A DNA stretch of 64,000 nt from Thermodesulfobacteriota bacterium (GCA_965215275.1 OZ244044.1:96001-160000), one strand, 5' to 3'; numbered from the stretch's first letter, positions 41,626-53,075 are shown. Numbers and translations: made by a program. Notes: a model not told the origin generated them from the letters alone.

Positions 41626-44600
41626 ATGAAAAGATCAAACATAAAAACACGTAGTTCCATTACCCCCCCCCCCCCGTGTATACCTGAACTTTCAGCCTGG
41701 TATAAGTATTTTGTAAGAACAATGTTTAAGATAATCCCCCCCCCCATCTAAGTCATTACTAACTTTAGTCTTTATTCTTCTGTTTATACTGGTAATAGCT
41801 GCAAAAGGGCAGAGCAGCCTGGAAGAAACATTATCTGAATGCAGAGGCATCAGTGCAGACACGGAAGATCCGTTATACGGATGTCAGTGGCATCTGAAGA
41901 ACACGGGGCAGTTAAGTTTTTCCGGAAATAGAATAACTGCAGGAGAAGATATAAACATAGAGGGGGTGTGGAACGAAGACGTATACGGTACCGGAATTAA
42001 CGTAGCAATAGTAAGTGACGGTATCGACCTTTCACATGAGGACCTTTCTGCAAACGTCCGTTCCGGACCGAACTATGATCTTTCTGACAGTTCATCCTTT
42101 AGTGGGACAAGAGCGGCAGGAGTAACAGCAGCAACTGGATATAACGGACTGGGAGTAAGAGGAACAGCACCTGGTGCGAGTATATACAGTTACAGGTTAT
42201 CCGGTGATATCAGTGAAGCGGACGCGGTGGTCCGTAATAAGGAAATAACAGCAGTATCGGTTAACGGCCGGGGATCTGAGGACGGAGCTTTTTTTCAGGA
42301 GGCTTCATCTTCCTGGGAAGAAGGAGTGGAACTTGGTATAAAGCAAGGGTTTTACGGTAAAGGGGTGTTTTACGTCCGGGGAGTAGGGGACGGGCATGAA
42401 AGAGGAGATCAGGCTAATTTTAATGAATATTCCAGCTATTACGGAGTAACAGCCGTCTGTTCAACGGACGGCTTTGGAAAGAAGAGTATTTTTTCAGAAG
42501 AGGGAGTAAATCTGTGGGTATGTGCACCTGGTTCTGATATTGTAACTACTGATAACAAAAACGATTACGTTGTAACTTCCGGAACATTTCTATCAGCTTC
42601 ACAGGTTGGAGGAGTGGCAGCACTGCTGAGAGAGATAAACGGGAATCTGAGCTGGAGGGATATAAAGCTTATACTTGCGGGTTCAGCACGGCAGAACGAT
42701 TTTTTTGATATGAGCTGGGAGACTGGAGCTGTTAAATACGGTTCTGATACGGAAAGATATAATTCTAATCCTAAGTATGGTTTTGGCGTGGTAGACGCAG
42801 AAGCAGCTGCAGAACTTGCAAAAAGCTGGAAAGGCGTTGGAGAGATGAGGACCATTACAGCTTCTTCAGATAATGAACTGACAATTCCTGATGGAGATGG
42901 AGAAGCGGACGGGGTCCTTGTTTCCAGACTTATGATACCGGACCTTGAAGAGGTAACATTTACGGAGTTCGTTGAAGCTGAGCTTGTTCTTTCGTGTGAC
43001 TGCTTACAGGACCTTAATATACAGATAACCTCTCCTTCCGGGACAGTATCTGAACTTGTGCGGGAGGTTGTAAGGGGATCTTCGAATGAAGAAGAAAACT
43101 GCGTCAGTTACCTGAGAAGAACACATCGTTTCGGGTCGGCTAAACACCTCGGAGAAGACCCTTCCGGAGAATGGATCCTTAAGATCTCTGATACTGCTCC
43201 CGGAGATGAAGAAGATGAAAAAAACACTGTTACCTTACACTCATGGAGCATTAAGGTATACGGGAATTTTTATCAGGGACCTGGCAGTGAGATAAGTACT
43301 AAACATCATTTCAGTTTTGACAGTCAGACGATAGATGATCAGGTGTATACAACAAGGGTTCAGATAACACCATTAGTGCTGCCTAGGGGAACTGGAGCGA
43401 ATGGATCAGTAGGTTACAGTATATCTCCTAATGTACCTGCTGGATTGAGTTTTGATCCTGACACCCGGGTGCTGAGCGGAACACCAACTACTCCACAGGG
43501 CAAGACTACTTATACATATAGAGCAACAGACGAAAGACCCGATACGATTAGTTTGCGCTTCGGTATCACGGTAAAAGGTCCAGCCGGTGATCCGAGCTTC
43601 GGCAGTCAGACGGTAGAAAATCAGGTTTTTGTTAATGGTTCAGCAGTAACGTTAACTCTGCCTCAGGCTACCGGAGGTAACGGAACTTTAAATTACAGTT
43701 TAACTAATAGTATAGGTGATCCAATTAAAATTAATGGATTGGATTATAACGAAAACACCAGAACGTTAAGTGGAACGCTCAACGTTTCTCCAAGTGGATT
43801 ACCTATAACTCAAACTTATACCTACAAGGTAACTGATGATGACGGTGATTCTGACAGTATTACTTTCTCTATTACTATAGAAGCGAACTCAGAGCCGAGC
43901 TTTGGTGGTCAGTCTATCCCAAATCAGATATATATTGAAGGGACTACGGCAAACCTTCCAGTAACACTGCCTGCTGCAACGGGAGGGAATGGGACTTTAA
44001 CTTACAGTTTAACCCCTTCATTACCAACTGGATTGAGCTTTGAGCCTGCTACCCGAGTGATAAGTGGAACAGCACCTGATCCTACTCCGTTTACTTTTAG
44101 AACTTTCACATATAAGGTAACGGACAGTGATGGAGATAAAGTTGAGCTGACGTTCATAATACAAATAATAAAAGACACCCAGCCAGCCTTTAATAATACG
44201 ATAACAGATAAGGTGTATTATACGTTTACAGGAGTAACGGAAACGTTACCTGAGGCAGCAGAAAATAATAATCTACCTTCAACTTACAGTTTAGTTCCTG
44301 CATTACCTGATGGACTGATCTTTACCCCTGCTACCAGAGAGATAACAGGAACACCAACTGCTGCAACGTCTGAGACTGATTATACGTATACGGTTGCTGA
44401 TCTAAATGGAGATACGGACGAGTTAACGTTCAGTATTACTGTAAGAGCAGAACCGAACACAATGCCGACCTTCGGAAGTGAAACTATAGATAACAAGGTA
44501 TATATAAACGGAGAAGCAGTAAATGAAACACTGCCTGAAGCAACGTCAGGGAATGCTCCATTAACTTACAGCTTAACTCCTGCCTTACCTGCCGGATTGG

Positions 44601-45160
44601 ATTTTACCCCTGCTACACAAGTTATAAGCGGAACACCGACTACTGCAACGTCTGAGACTGATTACACGTATACAGTAACGGACGCAGATAATGATACAGA
44701 TGAACTGGAGTTCAGTATTACAGTGGAAGAAGACAGCGAACCGGACTTCAGCGTGACGACGATAGAAGATCAGGTGTACATGGGGAGATCAATAAGGTTG
44801 CCGGTAGCAACGGGAGGGAATGCACCGTTAGTATACAGTATAACGCCTCCCTTACCTCCTGGGTTGAGATTGGACAGAAACACAGGGATAATAAGCGGGA
44901 CGCCCGCGAGTGCGTCGTCTGAGAGGACCTACACGTACACGGTAACGGACAGGAATGGAGACATTAAAGAGTTGACCTTCAGGTTCAGTGCAGCGGCTCC
45001 GCCACCGACAGGTAGTGATTCAGGCGGAGGTGGAGGAGGATGTGCCGTATCAGAGCAAAGCAGCGTTGATGAAGATATTCTCGGAGTAATGGCATGTCTG
45101 ATACTTATACCTGTGTCAGTAACGATAAGAAGAAAGAGAAGAGCTCAGGTAAAGACTTAG
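41626..45160 (+). CDS. S8 subtilase-like domain + P-domain + He_PIG Ig-like repeats + C-terminal sorting signal; frameshifted at the C10 tract
   Basis: Frame of ORF 41966-45160 extends upstream through SKSLLTLVFILLFILVIAAKG (signal peptide) and DPLYGCQWHLKNTGQ; repeats LPxGLxFxPATRxISGTP; C-terminal GGGGGC-TM-RRKRR. Confidence 0.8.
41663..41745 (+). repeat. Two poly-C tracts (C13 at 41663-41675, C10 at 41736-41745)
   Basis: Homopolymers read directly in the 5' coding region of the S8 gene. Confidence 0.9.
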
Positions 45161-45419
45161 CAATGCAGTCCTTTCCAAAACACTGAACGAATTAAAATCT
45201 CTCAGTCAGAATAAAGGAATAATAACAAGTAGAAAACCCAAAGATAATTCTACAGGTAGATAGGAACCTTGATGGCATTGGTACTTGTTTTTTAATCTCG
45301 GGCAACACGGTATACAATGCTAAAATTTCTAACTTTAAACTATTTCAGCAAAAACAGCAGAAAAACACTTACAATCAACAAACATCAGCAGTTTTATGGA
45401 CGTTGTTTTAAAGTATTTT

Positions 45420-45502
45420 TGCCGAAGGGGAGACTCGAACTCCCACGCCCTATGGGCACTACCCCCTCAAGATAGCGTGTCTACCAATTCCACCACTTCG
45501 GC
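45420..45502 (-). tRNA. tRNA-Leu (anticodon GAG)
   Basis: Reverse complement GCCGAAGTGGTGGAATTGGTAGACACGCTATCTTGAGGGGGTAGTGCCCATAGGGCGTGGGAGTTCGAGTCTCCCCTTCGGCA: cloverleaf, long variable arm, TTCGA T-loop; CCA not encoded. Confidence 0.95.
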
Positions 45503-45577
45503 GTTTAAATAAAACATAACTGACGTTGAAAGTAGTCTAAAGTTTGTTATGTTGAAGAAAACTATCTTACTGATAGG

Positions 45578-46801
45578 TCATGCCCCGAACTTTTTTAGCC
45601 TGCCTGAGTGCGCAAGCAGAAGTGGCATAATATCAGTCGATTTAATAATTCCAAGGGAACCTTTATTACATTCCGTTTCATTAAAACCCTTAATATTACT
45701 TAATCTTGAATATTTGGAGTTTATCATGATGGGAACAGGGTGCCAGCTATGGGACATAGCTATGGATGGAGTTGAATGGTCGCCTGTTACAACAAGAACA
45801 TCTGGATCAAGGTGCATTATCTCAGGAACTGAACTGTCAAACTCCTCTATAACCCCGACCTTTCCATCAAAATTACCATCTTCACCGTAACTATCGGTCC
45901 CTTTTATATGAAGGTAGATAAAATCATAATTGTCCATTGATCCCTTAAGTGTCTCGATTTCACCTGCAATGGTTTTATCTGATACCTGCAGTACTTCCAT
46001 CCCGACCAGTTTTGCAACGCCCCTGTACATAGGATAAGCCGCGATACAGCCTGCTTTTAATCCGTAGGCATCTTTATAAGGGTCCAGGTAAGGACGTACC
46101 GATATTCCCCTTAGTAACACATAGTTTGCTTTTTTCTCGTTCCTTATCTTTTCAGCGATACGGCTAATGAGCTTTGTGATAACTCTGGCAGGTTTTAACG
46201 CTTCTTGGGTCGACCCGTTCGGGATAAGAGGACTTAATCCAGCCTCCTGAGGGTCGGTGTCGTTGATGTTATCTCCCCCAGTGGCGATTTTTTCCGGGAA
46301 GGTGAGCTTTAAGGCGAATCTGTGATCTATTCCTGAATAAAAGCTGATCTTAACTCCATCAATATGTTTTATTTGTTCAGATAAAAGTCCAACGATCCTT
46401 TTATTTTCCTTTGTTGGTATTCTTCCAGCTCTTCTGTCCGTAATGACCGGCAAGCCGTCTTGATATATGGCAGTTGCGAAATTCCCTCTTATTGCAAGGT
46501 CATTTTCGTCCAGACCAACGCCAAGACCCAGTACTTCAAGCACGCCTCTGCCAATCCTGTGAACAAATGGGTCATAGCCAAATAATGCCAGGTGTGCCAC
46601 ACCGCTGCCGGGCGTAATGCCCCTTGCCACCGGAATATGCAACCCACAGGACGACTTTTTGGCAAGTTCGTCCAGATTGGGCGTGTCGGCAGCCTCGAGT
46701 TCGGTTTTTCCATCTTTTGGTAAACCGCCTAATCCGTCTAATACACAGAAGACTATCTTGGTGTTGTTTTTGTTTATTAACTCTCTGATCACGTTATTCA
46801 T
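45578..46801 (-). CDS. apgM: 2,3-BPG-independent phosphoglycerate mutase (ApgM type)
   Basis: VLDGLGG, TPGSGVAHL, TDRRAGRI, VTGDHSTP, HSWHPVP. Confidence 0.92.
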   Translation of the reverse strand: MNNVIRELINKNNTKIVFCVLDGLGGLPKDGKTELEAADTPNLDELAKKSSCGLHIPVARGITPGSGVAHLALFGYDPFVHRIGRGVLEVLGLGVGLDENDLAIRGNFATAIYQDGLPVITDRRAGRIPTKENKRIVGLLSEQIKHIDGVKISFYSGIDHRFALKLTFPEKIATGGDNINDTDPQEAGLSPLIPNGSTQEALKPARVITKLISRIAEKIRNEKKANYVLLRGISVRPYLDPYKDAYGLKAGCIAAYPMYRGVAKLVGMEVLQVSDKTIAGEIETLKGSMDNYDFIYLHIKGTDSYGEDGNFDGKVGVIEEFDSSVPEIMHLDPDVLVVTGDHSTPSIAMSHSWHPVPIMINSKYSRLSNIKGFNETECNKGSLGIIKSTDIMPLLLAHSGRLKKFGA

Positions 46802-46815
46802 TTATCCATCCATCA

Positions 46816-47577
46816 CTAGTTTAGTATAAATACCTGTCCGTCAAATGCCGGGGAGATATTCTTTGGAAGCTGGCTTTTTAGCGATCTGTAATCAAGTTCA
46901 TGGCCCATGTGGGTTAAAACAGCTTTTTTAGGCTTGATCTTGTTTATCATATCAACTGCCTGCTCCACGTTAAAATGTGCCACATGTTCCTTATACCTTA
47001 AGGCTCCGATGATCAGCAGGTCAAGTTCGTTTAATTTTCTAAGTGATCTGGCCGGGATACCACTGCAGTCGGTCAGGTACGCCATACTGCCGATCCTGTA
47101 GCCGAGTATCATCCAGTCTGCATGATTTATCTCAACGGGTGTTATATCTATCCCTTTGAAATTGAATTTTCTGTTAACGGTCTTAAAATTAAGTCTTGGC
47201 TTCCCTCCTGCAGCGGGGAAACTGTCAAATATGTATTTAAAGTTTTCTTTTATATTGCTGACCGTAAAGGAATTCCCGTAGCAGCATATCTCGATCCTGT
47301 TAGTGAAGTTAAAGGTTCTGAGATCATCTATTCCATGGGTGTGGTCCGCGTGGGAATGGGTATAAAGGACCGCGTCGATCCTGCTAACGTCGTTCGCCAA
47401 AGCCTGGAAGCGAAGGTCCGTTGAACTGTCGATCAGCAGGTTCAGTCCGTTCTTTCTTATAAGTATCGAACTTCTTGTTCTTTTATTCCTGGGATCTCCG
47501 GAAGTGCAAACGTCGCAGTTACATCCGGCTATCGGAACTCCGGTCGAAGTGGAGCAGCCGAGTATTATGACCTTCAT
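46816..47577 (-). CDS. MBL-fold metallo-hydrolase (PhnP-like)
   Basis: GCSTSTGVP, CxCxxC, THSHADHTHGIDD, AYLTDC. Confidence 0.9.
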   Translation of the reverse strand: MKVIILGCSTSTGVPIAGCNCDVCTSGDPRNKRTRSSILIRKNGLNLLIDSSTDLRFQALANDVSRIDAVLYTHSHADHTHGIDDLRTFNFTNRIEICCYGNSFTVSNIKENFKYIFDSFPAAGGKPRLNFKTVNRKFNFKGIDITPVEINHADWMILGYRIGSMAYLTDCSGIPARSLRKLNELDLLIIGALRYKEHVAHFNVEQAVDMINKIKPKKAVLTHMGHELDYRSLKSQLPKNISPAFDGQVFILN

Positions 47578-47649
47578 AAATACAAAAAATTATCATTATT
47601 TACCCGTTATTGCAAAATGATTTGAAATACATATAATAGACTTTTTAAA

Positions 47650-49368
47650 GTGCATAGAAGAAAAACAAGCATCATAGTATATACCATCTTTATTCTGGTA
47701 CTGTCTGTTTATTTTACACAGAGCTATGCCAAAGACAGGGGAACGGTACTGTTCAATGAAGCCAACCATCTTTATGGCAGTTTGGCCGTAGACACCAAAA
47801 AATCACAAGATAAAGAAATATGGGAAACCATTGCTCAAGTATTTTTCAGCGTATACGAATCATACCCTAAGAGCAAAAAAGCACTTAATTCACTCTTTCT
47901 GTCTGGCAAGATGTACGAAGAGATAGGGGACAGGTTCAGTTCTTCCTCTTCACATAAGAGATCAATAAGTTTATCACGTCAGTTCGTTAAAGCCTTTCCT
48001 TACAGTGATCTGGCCGATGATGCACAGATCAGGATCGCAAGGGTCTATGAAAAGCTCGGTAACAGGTCACAGGCTTACGTTGAGTACAAAAAGGTCGTGA
48101 ACGATCTGCCTCGGGGCGACATGCTGACCATAGCAAGAAGAGAAGCAAGAAAACTGATGGTTCACAGGTCTGAAAAGATCGATGAACACAAGCCTGCTCC
48201 GACCAACGGTTCAAAGGCCAGGCTCACAAAAATAAGACACTGGTCAACGAAAAACTCGACCAGGGTCGTTATTCAGCTGGATAGGTCGGCTTCATACAAG
48301 TCCCGGCTGCTTAAAGCTGATCCGGATATAAACAAGCCTCCGAGACTGTTCGTTGATATTAACAACACCTACGTGGACGATGACCTGTACATGGAGCCTT
48401 TGACGATGGGTTTGCTTGAAGATATAAAATATGCCCAGTATACAAAAACCAAATCCCGAGTGGTCTTATATATAGACAGTTTTGAGAACTACAATGTCTT
48501 TTCATTGCCGAACCCCTTTAGGATAGTCATGGACATATGGGGTGAAAAGGGCAAAGTCGCTACAAGCAGAGACAGGAAAAAATTAAGGATAAGACCTGAT
48601 AAAAAAGCCGGTTCTCTTCCTTCTCCAGGACAGTTAGATAGTTTAAGACAGGCATTGGGGTTAAAGATCCGTACGGTCGTGATAGACCCGGGACACGGAG
48701 GGCATGACCCGGGCGCGGTAGGTCCGAACGGGGTCAAGGAGAAGGATATAAACTTAAAGATAGCCAAGGAACTTAAAAGGATCCTTGACAGTAAAGGTAA
48801 AGAGATCGGAGTAGAAAAGGTTTATCTGACCAGGTCCAAAGATCGTTTTATCCCGTTGGAAGAAAGAACTGCCATTGCCAAAAAGCGGGGTGCAGACCTG
48901 TTTATATCAATACACTGCAATGCCTCCAGGAACAGAAAGGCCGTAGGGTCAGAAACCTACGTTCTGAGTTTTACAAAAAACAAAAGAGCACTTGAAGTCG
49001 CAGCACGAGAAAATGCCACTACAACAAAAAGGGTCAGCGACCTGGACGACATTCTGAAGAAATATCTCCTGAGTTCAAAGATAGAGGAATCTGAAAAGTT
49101 TGCAGCTTATGTACAGAGTTCCATTTATAGTACAGTAGCTCCGCGATATAAACGTTTTAAAAATAAAGGTGTTAAAAGAGCACCTTTTATCGTTTTAATT
49201 GGAGTTGATATTCCGAGCATACTCGTTGAGACGTCCTTTATATCAAATCCCACAGAGGAAAAAAGACTTAACAATTCCAAATACAGAGTGCGTATAGCCC
49301 AGGGTATATATGAAGGTATAAAACGGTACTCTGCTGAAATTCAAACGGCAAGATCATTTGGCGGCTGA
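47650..49368 (+). CDS. N-acetylmuramoyl-L-alanine amidase with TPR and AMIN domains
   Basis: VIDPGHGGHDPGA, EKDINL, FISIHCNA, LVETSFISN. Confidence 0.92.
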   Translation: MHRRKTSIIVYTIFILVLSVYFTQSYAKDRGTVLFNEANHLYGSLAVDTKKSQDKEIWETIAQVFFSVYESYPKSKKALNSLFLSGKMYEEIGDRFSSSSSHKRSISLSRQFVKAFPYSDLADDAQIRIARVYEKLGNRSQAYVEYKKVVNDLPRGDMLTIARREARKLMVHRSEKIDEHKPAPTNGSKARLTKIRHWSTKNSTRVVIQLDRSASYKSRLLKADPDINKPPRLFVDINNTYVDDDLYMEPLTMGLLEDIKYAQYTKTKSRVVLYIDSFENYNVFSLPNPFRIVMDIWGEKGKVATSRDRKKLRIRPDKKAGSLPSPGQLDSLRQALGLKIRTVVIDPGHGGHDPGAVGPNGVKEKDINLKIAKELKRILDSKGKEIGVEKVYLTRSKDRFIPLEERTAIAKKRGADLFISIHCNASRNRKAVGSETYVLSFTKNKRALEVAARENATTTKRVSDLDDILKKYLLSSKIEESEKFAAYVQSSIYSTVAPRYKRFKNKGVKRAPFIVLIGVDIPSILVETSFISNPTEEKRLNNSKYRVRIAQGIYEGIKRYSAEIQTARSFGG

Positions 49369-49371
49369 TCA

Positions 49372-51063
49372 ATGAACATTAACGGCGAAATCGCCCGAAT
49401 ATTCAATAATATCGCCAATATGCTTGATATCGCGGGTGAAAACCCGTTTAAGGTACGTGCCTACAAGAGGGCTTCAAGGAACATCCTGAACCTGGATAAG
49501 GATATAGGGGACCGCTCAGGCGGGGACGATATAGAAAATATTGATGGTATTGGCAAGGACCTTGCAAAGAAGATAAGGGAATTCATTGATGAAGGAAGAA
49601 TGCAGTATTATGAGGACCTGAAGGCGAAGATACCTGAAACGCTTACCGATATGCTGAACGTTCAAGGTATCGGACCAAAACTTTTAAAGACCCTTTATCA
49701 GGACTTTAACGTGCGTGAGTTCAGTGATCTTGAGAGGGTCATTGAGAGTCCGGAACTGCTGCAGGTTAAGGGTATTGGAATAAAGAAGATAAAAGAGATC
49801 AGGGTCGGAATTAAGCTTTTCAAGTCCCATATAGATAAGATCAATCTGGGATTTGCCCTGCCGGTAGCGGAATCGCTCAGAAATGAACTGGCGGGGATCA
49901 GGAACGTTGACGATGTAAAAATAGTGGGAAGCCTCAGACGAGGTTCAGAGACCACTCAAAGCATAGATATTATCGTTGTTTCCGATAAAACGGAGCAGGT
50001 AAGGGAAGCGGTTATTAACTCAACATTCGTAAGAGAGGTACTGAAGAGCGATGATCATGGTCTTTCTTTACTTCTGAACAACAATATGCCTGTCAACGTA
50101 TATTTAAGCACCAGAGGACCTTCTGTTTATTCAACCTTTCTCAGAACCGGTTCTGAAGGTCACGTTGAAAGGATCGAAGATATGGCAAGGCAGAACGGTA
50201 CTGACCTGACAAGTGCGAACTTCAGTTCAGAAGCCGATCTGTACGCAGAGCTTGATATGCAGTATATACCCCCGGAACTGAGAGAGGATAAAGAAGAAAT
50301 AAAACTGTCGATCTCAGGTAAGCTGGGAACATTGATCGACATAAAGGATATCAGGGGAGACCTTCACACTCACAGTACGTGGAGTGACGGAAGGTCCACG
50401 GTAAAGGAAATGGCCATAAGGGCCAGGGACCTTGGATATGAATATATTGCTGTTACGGACCATTCCCCGTCGTCGCGTATAGCGAACGGACTGGACGTTG
50501 ACAGATTAAATAAAAAAATAGAGGAGATCAGAGAAGCAGATGTGGCAGTTGATGGAATTAAGGTCATTATGGGAGCTGAGGTGGATATAAAACCCGATGG
50601 CAGGCTGGATTATCCCGACGAGGTGCTTAAGGAACTTGACGTGGTTATTGCCTCGGTACACAGTAATTTCAAGATGGAAAAGGACGAGATGACCCGAAGA
50701 ATAACGTCGGCACTGCGCAATCCTTACGTTGCGGCCCTTGGTCACCCGACGGGAAGGCTTATAGGATTTCGCAATCCTTACGATATTGATATGGACGAGA
50801 TAATGGATACCGCCCGAAAATACGGTAAGGCCCTGGAGGTTAACTCTTCCAATATGAGACTTGATCTGAAAGATGAGCACGTAAAAAATGCGGTTGATAA
50901 AGGTGTAAAACTTATTATTTCAACGGATGCCCATCACGTTGATCAGCTTGCTCAGATGATATACGGAATACTCACGGCCAGAAGGGGCCGGGTCAGAAAG
51001 GATGACGTTGTAAATACAGGCCATTTAAGGGAACTGCAAAGCTGGCTCAACAACTTCAGATGA
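49372..51063 (+). CDS. polX: DNA polymerase X / PHP exonuclease (non-canonical)
   Basis: ENPFKVRAY, GSLRR, IPPELRE; PHP motifs DLHTHS, TDHS, GHPTGR, STDAH. Confidence 0.92.
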   Translation: MNINGEIARIFNNIANMLDIAGENPFKVRAYKRASRNILNLDKDIGDRSGGDDIENIDGIGKDLAKKIREFIDEGRMQYYEDLKAKIPETLTDMLNVQGIGPKLLKTLYQDFNVREFSDLERVIESPELLQVKGIGIKKIKEIRVGIKLFKSHIDKINLGFALPVAESLRNELAGIRNVDDVKIVGSLRRGSETTQSIDIIVVSDKTEQVREAVINSTFVREVLKSDDHGLSLLLNNNMPVNVYLSTRGPSVYSTFLRTGSEGHVERIEDMARQNGTDLTSANFSSEADLYAELDMQYIPPELREDKEEIKLSISGKLGTLIDIKDIRGDLHTHSTWSDGRSTVKEMAIRARDLGYEYIAVTDHSPSSRIANGLDVDRLNKKIEEIREADVAVDGIKVIMGAEVDIKPDGRLDYPDEVLKELDVVIASVHSNFKMEKDEMTRRITSALRNPYVAALGHPTGRLIGFRNPYDIDMDEIMDTARKYGKALEVNSSNMRLDLKDEHVKNAVDKGVKLIISTDAHHVDQLAQMIYGILTARRGRVRKDDVVNTGHLRELQSWLNNFR

Positions 51064-53075
51064 TGATCAAGAACATGTCACTTGAAGACGTAAGGAAAAA
51101 GATAGAATCCCTGAGGGTAGAACTGGATAACCACAATTATCTTTACTACGTGAAGAACAGTCCCGTGATCTCAGACCAGGAGTTTGACGAGATGCTGGAA
51201 GAACTGATTGAACTGGAGAACGCATATCCAGAGTTTATCGTTGATGACTCGCCATCAAAGAAGGTCGGAGGGACCGTAGCCGAGGGATTTGATCCTCACG
51301 AGCATATCGTTCCTATGATGAGCATAGACAATATTACAAACGATGCAGAGGCATTTGATTTTAACGGCAGAACACAAAGGTTTTTAAACTCCACTGACGA
51401 TATCCAGTTCATTGCTCAGCCGAAGTTTGACGGTGTTTCAGCTTCCCTGGTCTATGAGGAAGGTAAACTGGTCAGTGCTGCGACAAGGGGAGACGGTAAG
51501 ACAGGAGAGGATGTCACCGGTAATATAAAGACCATCGGTTCCGTTCCATTACTTTTTAGAAATGAACCAGACCCGCCACGATTAATTGAGATCAGGGGAG
51601 AGGTTATATTCCCGATCCGATCTTTTAACAAACTGAACAGACGTCTGGCTCAGGCTGGAGAGCCGCTGTTCGCCAATCCCAGAAATGCGGCTTCAGGTAC
51701 GTTAAGGCAGCTTGATTCCAGCGTTACGGCAAAAAGGCCCTTGGATTTTTACGCATGGGGTATCGGACACGTGGATGGTCGCGAGTTTAAAACGGAAACG
51801 GAGGTAATGGACCAGATAGAACGTTGGGGATTAAAGGTGGACGATGGAATTAAAACGTGCAAGGACATAACGGAAGCAATTTCCTATCATCACGGAATGG
51901 AGAAAGGAAGGGATAAACTTGATTATGAAGCTGATGGGGTGGTAATAAAGGTAGATGAGATAAAACTCAAGGAACTTCTTGGTCACACTGCCAAGTATCC
52001 GAGATGGTGCATAGCGTTTAAATTTAAATCACGTCAGGCGACCACGGTGATCGAGGATATTACGGTACAGGTAGGGAGGATAGGTCTTCTGACCCCGGTT
52101 GCAGAACTAAAACCCGTAAGTATCGGTGGGATAACCGTCAGACGGGCTTCTTTGCACACGGATAACATTATAAGATCCAAGGATATCAGGATTGGCGACA
52201 CCGTGGTTATTCAAAGGGCGGGTGACGTGATACCTGACGTCGTCAAGCCGGTACTGGAAAAACGTACAGGGGATGAGAAACCTTTTGTAATGCCCGAGAA
52301 ATGTCCTGTCTGCAGTACACCTGTGGAGCAGGAAAACGCTTATCTCTACTGTACTAACCTTTCATGCAGAGCACAGATAAAGGGAAGGATATGCCATCTG
52401 GCTTCAAAGGGTTCATTTGATATTGAAGGACTTGGAGAGAAGATAGTCGATCAACTGATAGAAAAAGGGCTGTTGAACGATTTAAGTGATATTTTTTACC
52501 TGAAAACGGAGAGCCTGGACGGTCTTGAGGGATTTGCTGAAAGATCTTCAGAAAACCTGATCGACGAGATCAGTAAAAGTAAAAAGATCAGTTTTGAGAG
52601 GTTTATAAACGCTTTAAGTATTAAACACGTGGGAAGTAGTTCAGCTCAGCTGCTGGCTCAGGTCTTTAATGATCTGGACGAACTTATGAATGCAGCGTAT
52701 GAGCAGCTGACGGAAATACACGGCATTGGTGATAAAATGGCAGAGAGCATCAGGGGTTTTTTTCAGAACAAGAAAAATATCGAGGTGATAAAAAAGATAT
52801 TGGACTCCAAAGTAGAGGTCCATAATGATCATAAAAGGTATGAGAACAACAGGTTTAAAGGGATTACTTTTGTTGTCACGGGTACTCTGGTGGACTACGG
52901 CAGGAACGAAATCAAAGCACTGATCAGGGAGAACGGAGGCAAGGTGGTAGCTGCCGTTTCTGGAAAGACCGATTACGTGCTGTACGGAGAAAATCCAGGG
53001 TCAAAGCTGGATAAGGCAAATGATCTTGGTATTAAGACCATTAATGAAGAGGATTTTAAAAATTTAATATGTTAA
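51060..53075 (+). CDS. ligA: NAD-dependent DNA ligase
   Basis: PKFDG, TRGDG, NPRNAASG, DGVVIK, CPVC zinc finger, BRCT domain. Confidence 0.97.
   Translation: MMIKNMSLEDVRKKIESLRVELDNHNYLYYVKNSPVISDQEFDEMLEELIELENAYPEFIVDDSPSKKVGGTVAEGFDPHEHIVPMMSIDNITNDAEAFDFNGRTQRFLNSTDDIQFIAQPKFDGVSASLVYEEGKLVSAATRGDGKTGEDVTGNIKTIGSVPLLFRNEPDPPRLIEIRGEVIFPIRSFNKLNRRLAQAGEPLFANPRNAASGTLRQLDSSVTAKRPLDFYAWGIGHVDGREFKTETEVMDQIERWGLKVDDGIKTCKDITEAISYHHGMEKGRDKLDYEADGVVIKVDEIKLKELLGHTAKYPRWCIAFKFKSRQATTVIEDITVQVGRIGLLTPVAELKPVSIGGITVRRASLHTDNIIRSKDIRIGDTVVIQRAGDVIPDVVKPVLEKRTGDEKPFVMPEKCPVCSTPVEQENAYLYCTNLSCRAQIKGRICHLASKGSFDIEGLGEKIVDQLIEKGLLNDLSDIFYLKTESLDGLEGFAERSSENLIDEISKSKKISFERFINALSIKHVGSSSAQLLAQVFNDLDELMNAAYEQLTEIHGIGDKMAESIRGFFQNKKNIEVIKKILDSKVEVHNDHKRYENNRFKGITFVVTGTLVDYGRNEIKALIRENGGKVVAAVSGKTDYVLYGENPGSKLDKANDLGIKTINEEDFKNLIC

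Noticed and set aside
41490..45420. Integrase-mediated island at tRNA-Leu
   Set aside because: No integrase and no duplicated tRNA 3' end (att site) found on the far side.
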